Shown: positions 24,591 to 33,616 of the stretch, piece after piece
Position numbering within the stretch: the first letter of the stretch is position 1
How the letters are laid out: each line of letters begins with the position of its first letter
Assembly (NCBI GenBank): GCA_902609415.1
Contig: CACLRR010000001.1
Coordinates: 6,466 to 70,465, forward strand
DNA: 64,000 nucleotides
Direction: 5' to 3'
DNA from: an uncultured Chlamydiae bacterium
GTDB taxonomy: Bacteria > Chlamydiota > Chlamydiia > Chlamydiales > CACLRR01
The notes under the pieces: model-generated
The model's database searches: none
Seen by the model: only the letters and a program-made list of their open reading frames with translations
What the model was told of the DNA's origin: nothing
Program-made: the position numbers and the translations under genes

Positions 24591-25790
24591 ATGTATACAC
24601 ACCATACTAAGGATGTTACTGCAATAATACTTGCAGGTGGAGAGGGTTCAAGACTTAAGCCACTGACAAATACTAAATGTAAACCCGCTATTGAATTTGC
24701 AGGCCAACACAAGATTATCGATGTAACACTATCAAATGCGTTAAATTCAAAACTTTCTGAAATCTATATTCTTACACAGTTTCTCGCACCTTCACTTAAT
24801 AACTATATTACTAACTCCTACCCAAACCAACCAATCACTCTTAAAACACCTAAAAACTTTCATGATAAAAATCAATGCTATCTTGGAACTGCGGATGCTG
24901 TCAGGAAAAACCTCTCCATCATTAACGATTCTAAGGCAAAATACTTCCTGATCCTTTCTGGAGATCAGATCTATACAATGGATTTTTCCTCTATGGCTCA
25001 ATTTGGAAAAATCAATGATGCAGATCTTGTGATCGCCTCACTTCCAGTTAATGATGCAGAAGCAATGCGTATGGGTGTCATGCGCATAAATGAAAAATAC
25101 AAAATTAAAGACTTCTATGAAAAACCTACAGAGCAATCAATTAGAGATAAATTCTGCCTTAGCACCAATCTACCAGAAGAGGATAGGGTCCTTCTTGGCT
25201 CTATGGGAATCTATCTCTTTAAAAAGGAAGCCCTTTTAGACCTCCTTAAAAAGGATCCAAGAGAAGACTTTGGAAAACATATCATCCCTACAGCCCTCCA
25301 AACAAAAAAATGCTTCAGCTTCGTCTTTGATGGTTACTGGTCAGATATCGGAACCATTAAATCCTACTTTAATACATCCATATTAATGACCAATTACCAA
25401 CACTCTCTTAACCTCTTTGATAAGAAATTAAATAGGCTCGCTCCAACAAAATTCTATGATACAGCTATTGATCACTCAATTATTACAGATGGATCCATCA
25501 TTCAAGCTAAAAAAATTTCACACTCCCTTATTGGCAATAACCACCATATTCTCAAAGGAACAATGATCAATCACTCTATTCTTATAGGAAACGATCGTAA
25601 AAATGTCTCTATCGGCAAAAATTGTACTATCGATCATGCAATTATCGATTCAAACTGCACCATCGGAAATAACGTCACTCTTACAAATAAAAATAATATA
25701 CAACACCTAACTACTAACAACCTTCTTATCAGAGATGGTATCATTATTGTCCCCTCAGGAACAACTCTTGTAGACAACTTCTATCTATAA
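24591..25790 (+). CDS. glgC: Glucose-1-phosphate adenylyltransferase
   Basis: 399-aa ORF. AIILAGGEGSRLKPLT, GTADAV, and a C-terminal left-handed beta-helix-like repeat region. Confidence 0.88.
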   Translation: MYTHHTKDVTAIILAGGEGSRLKPLTNTKCKPAIEFAGQHKIIDVTLSNALNSKLSEIYILTQFLAPSLNNYITNSYPNQPITLKTPKNFHDKNQCYLGTADAVRKNLSIINDSKAKYFLILSGDQIYTMDFSSMAQFGKINDADLVIASLPVNDAEAMRMGVMRINEKYKIKDFYEKPTEQSIRDKFCLSTNLPEEDRVLLGSMGIYLFKKEALLDLLKKDPREDFGKHIIPTALQTKKCFSFVFDGYWSDIGTIKSYFNTSILMTNYQHSLNLFDKKLNRLAPTKFYDTAIDHSIITDGSIIQAKKISHSLIGNNHHILKGTMINHSILIGNDRKNVSIGKNCTIDHAIIDSNCTIGNNVTLTNKNNIQHLTTNNLLIRDGIIIVPSGTTLVDNFYL

Positions 25791-25805
25791 TCCTACAATA
25801 AAGCA

Positions 25806-26594
25806 ATGAATATTTGGGCAATTGCAGACCTTCACCTATCCTTTGGTATTGAAAATAAATCAATGGATGTCTTTGGTGAACATTGGAAAAATCACGAAGA
25901 AAAAGTCGCCTATCACTGGAAACAAATGATAAAAGAGGAGGACCTTGTTCTTCTTCCAGGTGATCATTCCTGGGCTCATAAATTTAATGATGCGCTTGTT
26001 GACCTTGAATGGATCGCATCTCTTCCAGGAACAAAGGTTCTAAGTAAAGGCAATCATGATCCCTGGTGGAAGAGTATTAAATCAATGGAAGAACAAGCAC
26101 CAAATTCTCTTCACTTCATTCATAATAATTCCTTTGTCTTTAATGATGTCGCTATTGCTGGAACGCGCCTTTGGGATAGTCCAGATGTTAACTTCTCTTC
26201 CCACATCATCTTTCAAGATACTCCAAATGTCAATGTATCAGAAAAAGATTATTCAAAAGATGCTATCGATCATGATGCAAAAATTTATAAAAAAGAAATA
26301 GCTAGGTTGAAAACTAGCCTAGAATCTATCCCTGACCATATCACAAAACGTATTTGCCTAGTTCACTACCCACCTCTTGGTCCAAATCACCATACAAACG
26401 AAGTCTCAGACCTCTTAGAAAAATACAAAATTCACACCTGTCTTTATGGACACCTGCACAGTCTCAAACTCTCTGCACCTGTTAACTTTACCAAAAATAA
26501 TATTCACTATTACTGCTGCGCTTGTGATTTTATTAACTTCCAGCCTATTGAAGTAGCTCTAGAATCCTCTTCTCTTCCTTTTCAAGGTCGTTAA
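25806..26594 (+). CDS. Metallophosphoesterase (calcineurin-like)
   Basis: 262-aa ORF. ADLHLS, LPGDHSW, GNHDPWW, GHLH motifs. Confidence 0.8.
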   Translation: MNIWAIADLHLSFGIENKSMDVFGEHWKNHEEKVAYHWKQMIKEEDLVLLPGDHSWAHKFNDALVDLEWIASLPGTKVLSKGNHDPWWKSIKSMEEQAPNSLHFIHNNSFVFNDVAIAGTRLWDSPDVNFSSHIIFQDTPNVNVSEKDYSKDAIDHDAKIYKKEIARLKTSLESIPDHITKRICLVHYPPLGPNHHTNEVSDLLEKYKIHTCLYGHLHSLKLSAPVNFTKNNIHYYCCACDFINFQPIEVALESSSLPFQGR

Positions 26595-27438
26595 GATGGC
26601 AATACTCTAATAATACCTTCAATGCACTATCGATCTCCTCACGCTTTGTCAGTCTTTTGATGAACTTCTTAAACACCGTTAAAAATAACCCTCCCTTACC
26701 AATCTCAGTAAAAAACCTCAGTGATTGCACCACCAGATCAGTATCCATAGATTTAAAAAGATCTTGTGAAAATTTCTCTAGCTCCTCTTTTACATTTGAT
26801 GCGTTATAATCCTCTATAAGTCGTAAAACAATCAGATCTACCCATCTTTTCCTCACTAGATAAGGTTTAAAACGTTCTAAAAGATGGTGGGTCTCCGCTT
26901 TATAACCACTTTTAAGTTGTGATAAGAGGTAATACAAAATAAAAGTCTCCAAATCATGAGCACAATATTGGTTGATCTGATCAAAAACCTCTTTTGCTTC
27001 CGATGTTTGGTTTGCAGCCAATACCTCAAGAAGATCAAGGCACGCCTCATAAAGTTTCTCATCGCTTGATACCCCATCTTTTTCATATTGATCAATAAGG
27101 TAATCTAACTCATCACAAAAAATAGAAAGCGATGGCTTATCTGGAGCAAAACGTCTATAAGCCTCAAAAAATAATAGGTACAGCTTCTCCTTATGTTTCT
27201 CGCTTATCGATCTAAAACACTCCTGTTCCATGAACTCCTCAGGAGATGCTACTCTTTCAATCATCTCTAATAGGGTAGCCCTAGAAATGATTAATCCACT
27301 CTCCTTTAACATAGATATAAGCATTTGGCCACTAAGATTGCGATAATTAATAATCTGCCACTCTTCAGCTTCAGTTTCTAATTTAAGCCTATCTTGACCA
27401 CGTAATAGATTATAATATGCACGCCCACAAAAGTGCAT
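26545..27438 (-). CDS. Hypothetical protein (helical)
   Basis: 297-aa ORF. Its 3' end overlaps the convergent phosphoesterase gene by 50 nt. No motif recognised. Confidence 0.55.
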   Translation of the reverse strand: MHFCGRAYYNLLRGQDRLKLETEAEEWQIINYRNLSGQMLISMLKESGLIISRATLLEMIERVASPEEFMEQECFRSISEKHKEKLYLLFFEAYRRFAPDKPSLSIFCDELDYLIDQYEKDGVSSDEKLYEACLDLLEVLAANQTSEAKEVFDQINQYCAHDLETFILYYLLSQLKSGYKAETHHLLERFKPYLVRKRWVDLIVLRLIEDYNASNVKEELEKFSQDLFKSMDTDLVVQSLRFFTEIGKGGLFLTVFKKFIKRLTKREEIDSALKVLLEYCHLNDLEKEEKRILELLQ

Positions 27439-27590
27439 AGGGGAAACCTTGTTTAAATAATAATTTTTGACCGCTTAAATTTTCATTTATATCATTTCTA
27501 TCTGCGGCAATAAGTGGGTTAATGAATTCTATATATATAAAGAAATAAATTATCTCCCCTTTTTAATCAATGTTTAGTTAATATTCTCTA

Positions 27591-27998
27591 ATGCAAATCA
27601 AAAAAAAACCTTTTCTTCTTATTGAATTATTTATCTCGCTTATTCTTCTTGGCGTACTACTGACACTCTTTGGAAGCCTCCCCTTTAAATATACAAAAAA
27701 AGAACTCTTTGCTCTACAAGAGCTGCAGATAGAACGATTAAAGGATGTTGCATACAGCGATTTTATCCAAAAAAATCATCCCATCTCATCTAAAAAAAAG
27801 ACACTCCAAGGACCTTATACCCTTCTTGGCCTAAATTCACAGGAAGATTTTTTTTTTACAATTGAATATCACCACAAGGCTCTAAAGAAACCCAAAGATC
27901 CAAAAGATAAAGCATGTTACCTACTTCAAACTAAAATCTACTATAAGAAATTTGCACCCTCGAGCTACAGCCAAATAATTACATCGACTTTAAATTAG
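27591..27998 (+). CDS. Pseudopilin-like protein (type II secretion / type IV pilin-like N-terminus, non-canonical)
   Basis: 135-aa ORF. The N-terminus MQIKKKP-FLLIELFISLILLGVLLTLFG resembles the prepilin motif G-FTLIE plus a hydrophobic helix. Glu+5 is retained, but Pro replaces Gly at -1. Confidence 0.5.
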   Translation: MQIKKKPFLLIELFISLILLGVLLTLFGSLPFKYTKKELFALQELQIERLKDVAYSDFIQKNHPISSKKKTLQGPYTLLGLNSQEDFFFTIEYHHKALKKPKDPKDKACYLLQTKIYYKKFAPSSYSQIITSTLN

Positions 27999-28019
27999 TT
28001 ATTTGTCAGATTATGCTTT

Positions 28020-29867
28020 ATGACAGCAATTAAACGGTTTACTCCCTATGTAAGTTCTAGAAAAAAAATGGTGGAATTTAGTGCTAAGGCCGTTATTCTC
28101 GGCATCATCCTTAGCTTTATCTTCTGTATAGGAAACGCTTACCTAGGGCTCAAAGTAGGTATGACGATCTCAGCATCCATCCCTGCAGCAGTTCTTTCGA
28201 TGGCAATTCTAAGAACCTTTTTCAAATCTGTAACTATTTTAGAAAATAACTTAGTACAAACAATGGCAGCTGTAGGTGAGGGCCTTGCTGCCGGTATCAT
28301 ATTTACAATACCCGCTCTCTTCCTTCTCGGCGCTTCTGCCACAAATACAGAGATTTTTGTACTCTCTATTCTTGGTGGTATCCTTGGAATTCTCTTCATG
28401 ATCCCTATGCGTAGATATATCATTGTTGAAGAACACCAAAATCTTCCCTTCCCAGAAGGAACAGCATGCGCAGAAATTCTAAAAGCCGGTGAAAAGGGTT
28501 CTAAAGGAGCAATAAAAGCTCTTTGGGGAATGATTATCGGTGCTCTTTTTAAAGTAGGCTCAAGCCTCTTTCTCCTATGGAACGATCTTTTTACCTTTGT
28601 AATCAAGCCCTTTGAAAAAACAGAATTTCGTATGGAAGGATCCCCTGCACTTTTAGGTGTGGGTTATGTGATCGGTCCTCAAATAGCAAGCCTCTCCTTT
28701 GCAGGATCTATCCTCGGGTGGTGGGTAATTATCCCGTTGATTAAACTCTATGGACTGAGCTCTACTATTATTCCACCTTCAACAGTTGTTGTTTCTGCAA
28801 TGAGCGCTAGTGATATCTGGTCCAACTATATCCGCTATATTGGTGCAGGTGCCGTTGCTATTGGGGGTCTCTATAATCTTATACATATCCTTCCTATGAT
28901 GATTAAAACAATCCATATCGGATTTAAAGAACTTTTTGCCCCAGTTTCTGCATCAAAAGCACTTCCTCGATTGGAAAGAGATATCTCCCTTAGATGGCTA
29001 ATTCTGGGCTCACTTGCTATCATCCTTACCCTATGGCTCTTTCCACTCTTTAAACTTAACTTCTTTACTATTATCCTTCTTGTCATACTAGGATACTTTT
29101 TTGTAGCAGTTACCTCTATCACAGTAGGACTTGTGGGTAGTTCTTCTAATCCTGTTTCAGGGATGATTATCACGACTATATTACTTACCAGTATGATCTT
29201 TCTTGCCCTAGGATGGGAGGATAAGGCTCACCTTATCACCATTGTTATAATGGGGTCTGTTGTAAGCGTAGCACTCTGCCTGGCCTCAACTACCTCTCAA
29301 GATCTAAAAACGGGATTCCTTCTAGGGGCCACTCCAAGAAGCCAGCAAATTGCTGAAATTATCGGCCTAATACTCCCATCCATCTGTATTGGATTTGTAA
29401 TCATTCTCCTAAATAAAGCCTATGGCTTTGGCACAATTGAGCTTCCAGCACCACAAGCTACACTAATGAAAATCATTATCGAGGGTGTGATGCAAAAAAC
29501 TCTACCAACAATGCTAATAGGCATTGGTGTTATTCTTGGAATACTACTTATCATACTAAGAATTAAAGTCCTTCCCTTTGCTATTGGCCTCTATCTTCCT
29601 TTAGAAATTACTACAGCTATTATGGTAGGTGGCCTTGTAAAGGCTGCACATGGCAGAAAAGATGATAGCCAAGCTTCTGGTGGTATCCTTGCAGCCTCAG
29701 GACTAATTGCTGGTGATGCTCTTGTAGGCGTTCTCATTGCGCTCTTTACTGTCACCCACATCTTTAAACCCCCATCTACAGCGATACTCAATCCAGTCTT
29801 GAGCCCTCTTTTTTACGTTGGCCTAGCTATTGTGCTCTACTTCTTAGCGCGTGATAAAAAATCATAA
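28020..29867 (+). CDS. OPT-family oligopeptide transporter
   Basis: 615-aa polytopic membrane ORF. The N-terminal EFSAKAVILGIILSFIFCIGNAYLGLKVGMTISASIPAAVLS and overall architecture fit the OPT superfamily. Confidence 0.88.
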   Translation: MTAIKRFTPYVSSRKKMVEFSAKAVILGIILSFIFCIGNAYLGLKVGMTISASIPAAVLSMAILRTFFKSVTILENNLVQTMAAVGEGLAAGIIFTIPALFLLGASATNTEIFVLSILGGILGILFMIPMRRYIIVEEHQNLPFPEGTACAEILKAGEKGSKGAIKALWGMIIGALFKVGSSLFLLWNDLFTFVIKPFEKTEFRMEGSPALLGVGYVIGPQIASLSFAGSILGWWVIIPLIKLYGLSSTIIPPSTVVVSAMSASDIWSNYIRYIGAGAVAIGGLYNLIHILPMMIKTIHIGFKELFAPVSASKALPRLERDISLRWLILGSLAIILTLWLFPLFKLNFFTIILLVILGYFFVAVTSITVGLVGSSSNPVSGMIITTILLTSMIFLALGWEDKAHLITIVIMGSVVSVALCLASTTSQDLKTGFLLGATPRSQQIAEIIGLILPSICIGFVIILLNKAYGFGTIELPAPQATLMKIIIEGVMQKTLPTMLIGIGVILGILLIILRIKVLPFAIGLYLPLEITTAIMVGGLVKAAHGRKDDSQASGGILAASGLIAGDALVGVLIALFTVTHIFKPPSTAILNPVLSPLFYVGLAIVLYFLARDKKS

Positions 29868-30901
29868 TAATGGACAGCAAACATTTTCTTAATCCGATGA
29901 TTAAACAGACCTAATCTAAATAATAAAACTCCAAGCTTCGTTACAAAAAGATATTTAAGACGACTCTTTGGAAATAATAGATTCTTGGTAGTCCTAACCT
30001 CTTTTTGAATCCTTTGAATATGTGGCAGGACTTCTTCCTCATACTCTTGAAGGGCTCTCTTAACACTTTTATGTTTTTCTATAAGTCCAACTAACACATG
30101 TGCTTGATACACAGCCATTGAGCTTCCCTGACCAGAAAGGGGAGATAGAGAACCAAGGGTATCTCCTAACATAACCACCCTTCCTTTGAACGCCTTTTGT
30201 AAAATTACTAACTCCATTTTCCCAGTATAAAAATGGTGACAATCCTTAGATTCCTGCGGCTTGCGACTCATCACAAAAGAAGCCTCGTCTTCTAATGTAA
30301 CTGGATAGCATATCTCAAGCTGCTCATAGTCATACGATGCTGAAATTTTCGGATTTAATGTTGATCCTATTACCTTGCTTTCATCCCTCTTTTCCTTTGT
30401 ACAAACAGAAAAATATAAATCTAGATCCTCTATTTTTGTCTCTGGAAAAAGCAACTTTCTTGTATGTGAATGCACTCCTTCAGCAAGAATGACAAGGTCA
30501 TAGGTTTCCTCTTTTCCAGAGGATAGTACCACCTTAGAACCGCAGCTGTTTGTTTCTATTTCATGAATCCTTGTCTCATAGTGAATTGATGACTTTAGTT
30601 GATGACAAAATAAGTCCCGCAGATCACGAATCGATAAAGATACAATTTTGTCTTGATTCTCTTCATAAAGCTTTTTTATTGCAAAAGAACTAAAATCAAA
30701 ATTCTTTTTCAAACTGTCCAGCTTTCTTCTCATTCCCCTTCTTTTAAGAACCTCTAATCCTGCACCAAAAAAATCAACCACATATTCTGGATACACCTCC
30801 TTGTTTTTTGCTTCGATGATCTCAACATCATGTCCTGCTTCTTCTAAAAAACAAGCTACTGCCAGGCCAGCAAGCCCGCCCCCAGAAATAAGTATTTTCA
30901 T
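29837..30901 (-). CDS. FAD-dependent monooxygenase/oxidoreductase
   Basis: 354-aa ORF. MKILISGGGLAGLAVACFLEEAGHDVEIIE (GxGxxG plus an acidic residue) and GDTLGSLSPLSGQGSSMA. Confidence 0.8.
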   Translation of the reverse strand: MKILISGGGLAGLAVACFLEEAGHDVEIIEAKNKEVYPEYVVDFFGAGLEVLKRRGMRRKLDSLKKNFDFSSFAIKKLYEENQDKIVSLSIRDLRDLFCHQLKSSIHYETRIHEIETNSCGSKVVLSSGKEETYDLVILAEGVHSHTRKLLFPETKIEDLDLYFSVCTKEKRDESKVIGSTLNPKISASYDYEQLEICYPVTLEDEASFVMSRKPQESKDCHHFYTGKMELVILQKAFKGRVVMLGDTLGSLSPLSGQGSSMAVYQAHVLVGLIEKHKSVKRALQEYEEEVLPHIQRIQKEVRTTKNLLFPKSRLKYLFVTKLGVLLFRLGLFNHRIKKMFAVHYYDFLSRAKK

Positions 30902-31179
30902 TTTTTATCCATTTTATAATTTTATTTATTCTATTTTAACAGTTATTCGGCAATTTGAACCAAGAATAGTTTACTTTTTTCTCTCAGAGACTTATTATCA
31001 AAAGCTTAATAATAAACACACAGAGAAGACATGAAATTGTTTGTTACAGAAAATCGTTCTATCTGCAAGTTAATACTGACTCCCTATCTTATCATTCCAA
31101 AAAGTGTGCTCATTCAAGGTGCACAAGAGCTTATCAACAAACAACATCAACATTTGAAAAATGTGCTTCAATAATCATT

Positions 31180-31689
31180 ATGGCACCAAAAGCCTATAAA
31201 AAATACGCTCTTTCTCTTATTGAAATCCTTGTCACTTTTGCCCTATCCAGCATCATCATCACTCTACTCTTTACCACATACAAACATTCATCCAAAATCT
31301 CAGCGCAAATCTCACCTCTAAGAAAACAAGTAAATCATATAGCAGCTCTCCACAAAACTCTCTTCGAGACATTCTCCCTTGCTCATTCCATAGAAATAAA
31401 ACAAGAAGACAATAAACAAATAGAAATCCACTTTATTTTTAATAACGGGATCGATCCTAATCCCAACCTCTCATCAGAGGTTAAAGGTGTTTTAAGCATT
31501 CTAAATGATGATGACCTCTTTCTCTCCATCTCTTCACTTGACAAAACATTAAAAGACCAAAAAGATGTGCTTATTGAAAGATCTATCCACCATTTTGCAG
31601 CAACTTATGATGAAAAACACTCTCTTCTTAATCTAACACTAAATAAGGATCTACGCTTTTCACTCTTCCTAAAAAAGGACTACACATGA
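31180..31689 (+). CDS. Pseudopilin-like protein (minor pseudopilin-like, non-canonical)
   Basis: 169-aa ORF. N-terminus MAPKAYKKYA-LSLIEILVTFALSSIIITLLF: LSLIE with Glu+5 and a hydrophobic helix, Ala at -1. Confidence 0.5.
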   Translation: MAPKAYKKYALSLIEILVTFALSSIIITLLFTTYKHSSKISAQISPLRKQVNHIAALHKTLFETFSLAHSIEIKQEDNKQIEIHFIFNNGIDPNPNLSSEVKGVLSILNDDDLFLSISSLDKTLKDQKDVLIERSIHHFAATYDEKHSLLNLTLNKDLRFSLFLKKDYT

Positions 31690-32531
31690 ACATGCTTCCC
31701 TTCATCATGATCTTTTTTCTGCTCTTCTCGTATACGGCCAATCAGATGACTAAAAAGTTTCACCTTACACAAATTACTCATACAGCCCTATCTAGCTACT
31801 TAACTCTTCACAGAACTGCTATAGAGAAGGATGAACAATCCCAATTTGCAACTCTTGAATCACCGGAAACCAATAATAAAAAGCCTAAAAAAAATATCTC
31901 AAAATCTTTTTGCTCCATTAGAGAAAAACCGTCTGAACACGCAAAATTTAACATTCATTCCCCCCTCACTTCTAAAAACCAAATAGAAGAAGAGCTCTTT
32001 AAAAAGCTTATTAATACAAATTATTACAATGCTCCTTTCTATACAGACACTCTTGCCACAAACCTTCTCTCTCTACTTCGTACAACCTACCAAAAAAAAC
32101 CGTGCGAAGAACTATTCTCCCTACAGGTAGATCATGAAGACTACAACGAGATATGGTATAAAATGCAAAAGGGGTGTAAATCCTACCCTACCAAAACAAA
32201 TAGCTGGCCACCTCTTCATAATCTCTTTACCCTAGATTCCAGAAGAAAAGCTTTATGTTTCCATAGATGCTCAATAGAGCTTTTAAGACTTACCTTTAAT
32301 GATGAAATAACTAATGCAATCCTAAAAGAAGAAAAAGAGATCTATTTAAATCCTAACGAAAAACGTAAACTACATGTTTTAAAAAAAGAGGAGCTAATTA
32401 ACCTTTTAGGTAAATTTCAGGTTTCAAATAGAGAAGACTATCTCTCAATCATCCAATTTCACTATCCTAAAAAGAAAAAACATATTAAAACCATTAAAGA
32501 TCCAAAAACCGACATTGAAATAAGGCGCTAA
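31686..32531 (+). CDS. Hypothetical N-terminally anchored protein, translationally coupled to the pseudopilin-like gene (GspK-like role is speculative)
   Basis: 281-aa ORF. ATGA overlap with 31180..31689. N-terminal hydrophobic segment MNMLPFIMIFFLLFSY. Lys-rich. Confidence 0.5.
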   Translation: MNMLPFIMIFFLLFSYTANQMTKKFHLTQITHTALSSYLTLHRTAIEKDEQSQFATLESPETNNKKPKKNISKSFCSIREKPSEHAKFNIHSPLTSKNQIEEELFKKLINTNYYNAPFYTDTLATNLLSLLRTTYQKKPCEELFSLQVDHEDYNEIWYKMQKGCKSYPTKTNSWPPLHNLFTLDSRRKALCFHRCSIELLRLTFNDEITNAILKEEKEIYLNPNEKRKLHVLKKEELINLLGKFQVSNREDYLSIIQFHYPKKKKHIKTIKDPKTDIEIRR

Positions 32532-32536
32532 CAATT

Positions 32537-33616
32537 ATGTTGATATTCATATCTATCTTTCTTCTATCTATTTTTCTCCTTGCTCTTAGAAAAATATTAA
32601 AAGCAAACGATCAAATTAATTGTCTTCTCGAAAATACACCTTATGGTTATCTCTTTCTCAATCATAAACTCAAGATATACAAAATAAACCAAAGAGCATA
32701 CCAGATTCTTGGTATAGAAGACGACCTTAAGCAAAAACAATTGTCTCTTCTCCATAATCACAAGTGGGGACCATCTATCCTCTCTGTAGTAGAACAAACC
32801 CAAAAGACAAAGAAATCTTCACACCAACTTTTCCCTCTTTCTACAGAACATGAAAATAAACTAGAAATTCTTGCTAAACCTACTCTTGGTAAAGATATTA
32901 TCCTAAAAATCTGTGAAATCACTTCCGAAGAAACCCACATCACTATGGGTAAAAATTTTATTGCTAGCGCTTCTCATGAGCTCAGAACACCCATTACAAT
33001 CATTAAGGGATTCGCAGAAACTCTAAAAGATATGCCTAATCTTTCTTCTAGTATGTTCGATACAATGATCTCAAAGATTATTTCAAGTTCAGAAAGAATG
33101 GAGCTTTTAATTAAAAACCTACTTATCCTTGCAGATCTTGATAACTCAAGCAAACTACAAAAAAATCCCACCGATCTAGTAAGCCTTGTAAACTCAGTGA
33201 GTGAAACAATGGTCAATCTCCACCCATCTATACATATTGAGCATCTTCATAATAAAGATTCCATCTGCCTTCATGCCAATGAAGCCCTTATTGAACTTGC
33301 TCTTGTCAACCTCTTACAAAACGCAATAAAGTATTCCCCTCAACATCACCAAATTAAGGTCACTACCACAGCATTAGAGGATCATATAAAAATCGCTATC
33401 AAAGACCTAGGAATAGGAATACCTTCAGAAAAATTACACCAAATCTTTGAAAAATTTCATACCGTAAATAAATCCCATTCAAGAAAGCTTGGAGGCGCAG
33501 GCCTTGGTCTTTCCATTGTAAAAACAATTGCTAGTAAGCATAGTGCCACTATCTCTGTAGAATCTGAAATCGATCAAGGATCAACTTTTACCCTTTGCTT
33601 TCCTAATATTATATAA
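32537..33616 (+). CDS. Membrane-anchored PAS sensor histidine kinase (CtcB/AtoS-like)
   Basis: 359-aa ORF. N-terminal TM, PAS-like NTPYGYLFLNHKLKIYKINQRAYQILG, H-box SASHELRTPITIIKGF, N box LLQNAIKYSP, G boxes DLGIGIP and GGAGLGLSIV. Confidence 0.88.
   Translation: MLIFISIFLLSIFLLALRKILKANDQINCLLENTPYGYLFLNHKLKIYKINQRAYQILGIEDDLKQKQLSLLHNHKWGPSILSVVEQTQKTKKSSHQLFPLSTEHENKLEILAKPTLGKDIILKICEITSEETHITMGKNFIASASHELRTPITIIKGFAETLKDMPNLSSSMFDTMISKIISSSERMELLIKNLLILADLDNSSKLQKNPTDLVSLVNSVSETMVNLHPSIHIEHLHNKDSICLHANEALIELALVNLLQNAIKYSPQHHQIKVTTTALEDHIKIAIKDLGIGIPSEKLHQIFEKFHTVNKSHSRKLGGAGLGLSIVKTIASKHSATISVESEIDQGSTFTLCFPNII

Noticed and set aside
31031-31174. 47-aa ORF (MKLFVTENRSICKLILTPYLIIPKSVLIQGAQELINKQHQHLKNVLQ) just upstream of the second pseudopilin-like gene
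   Set aside because: It is below any reasonable length/evidence threshold, with no SD and no motif. It may be a real small gene, but I cannot support it.
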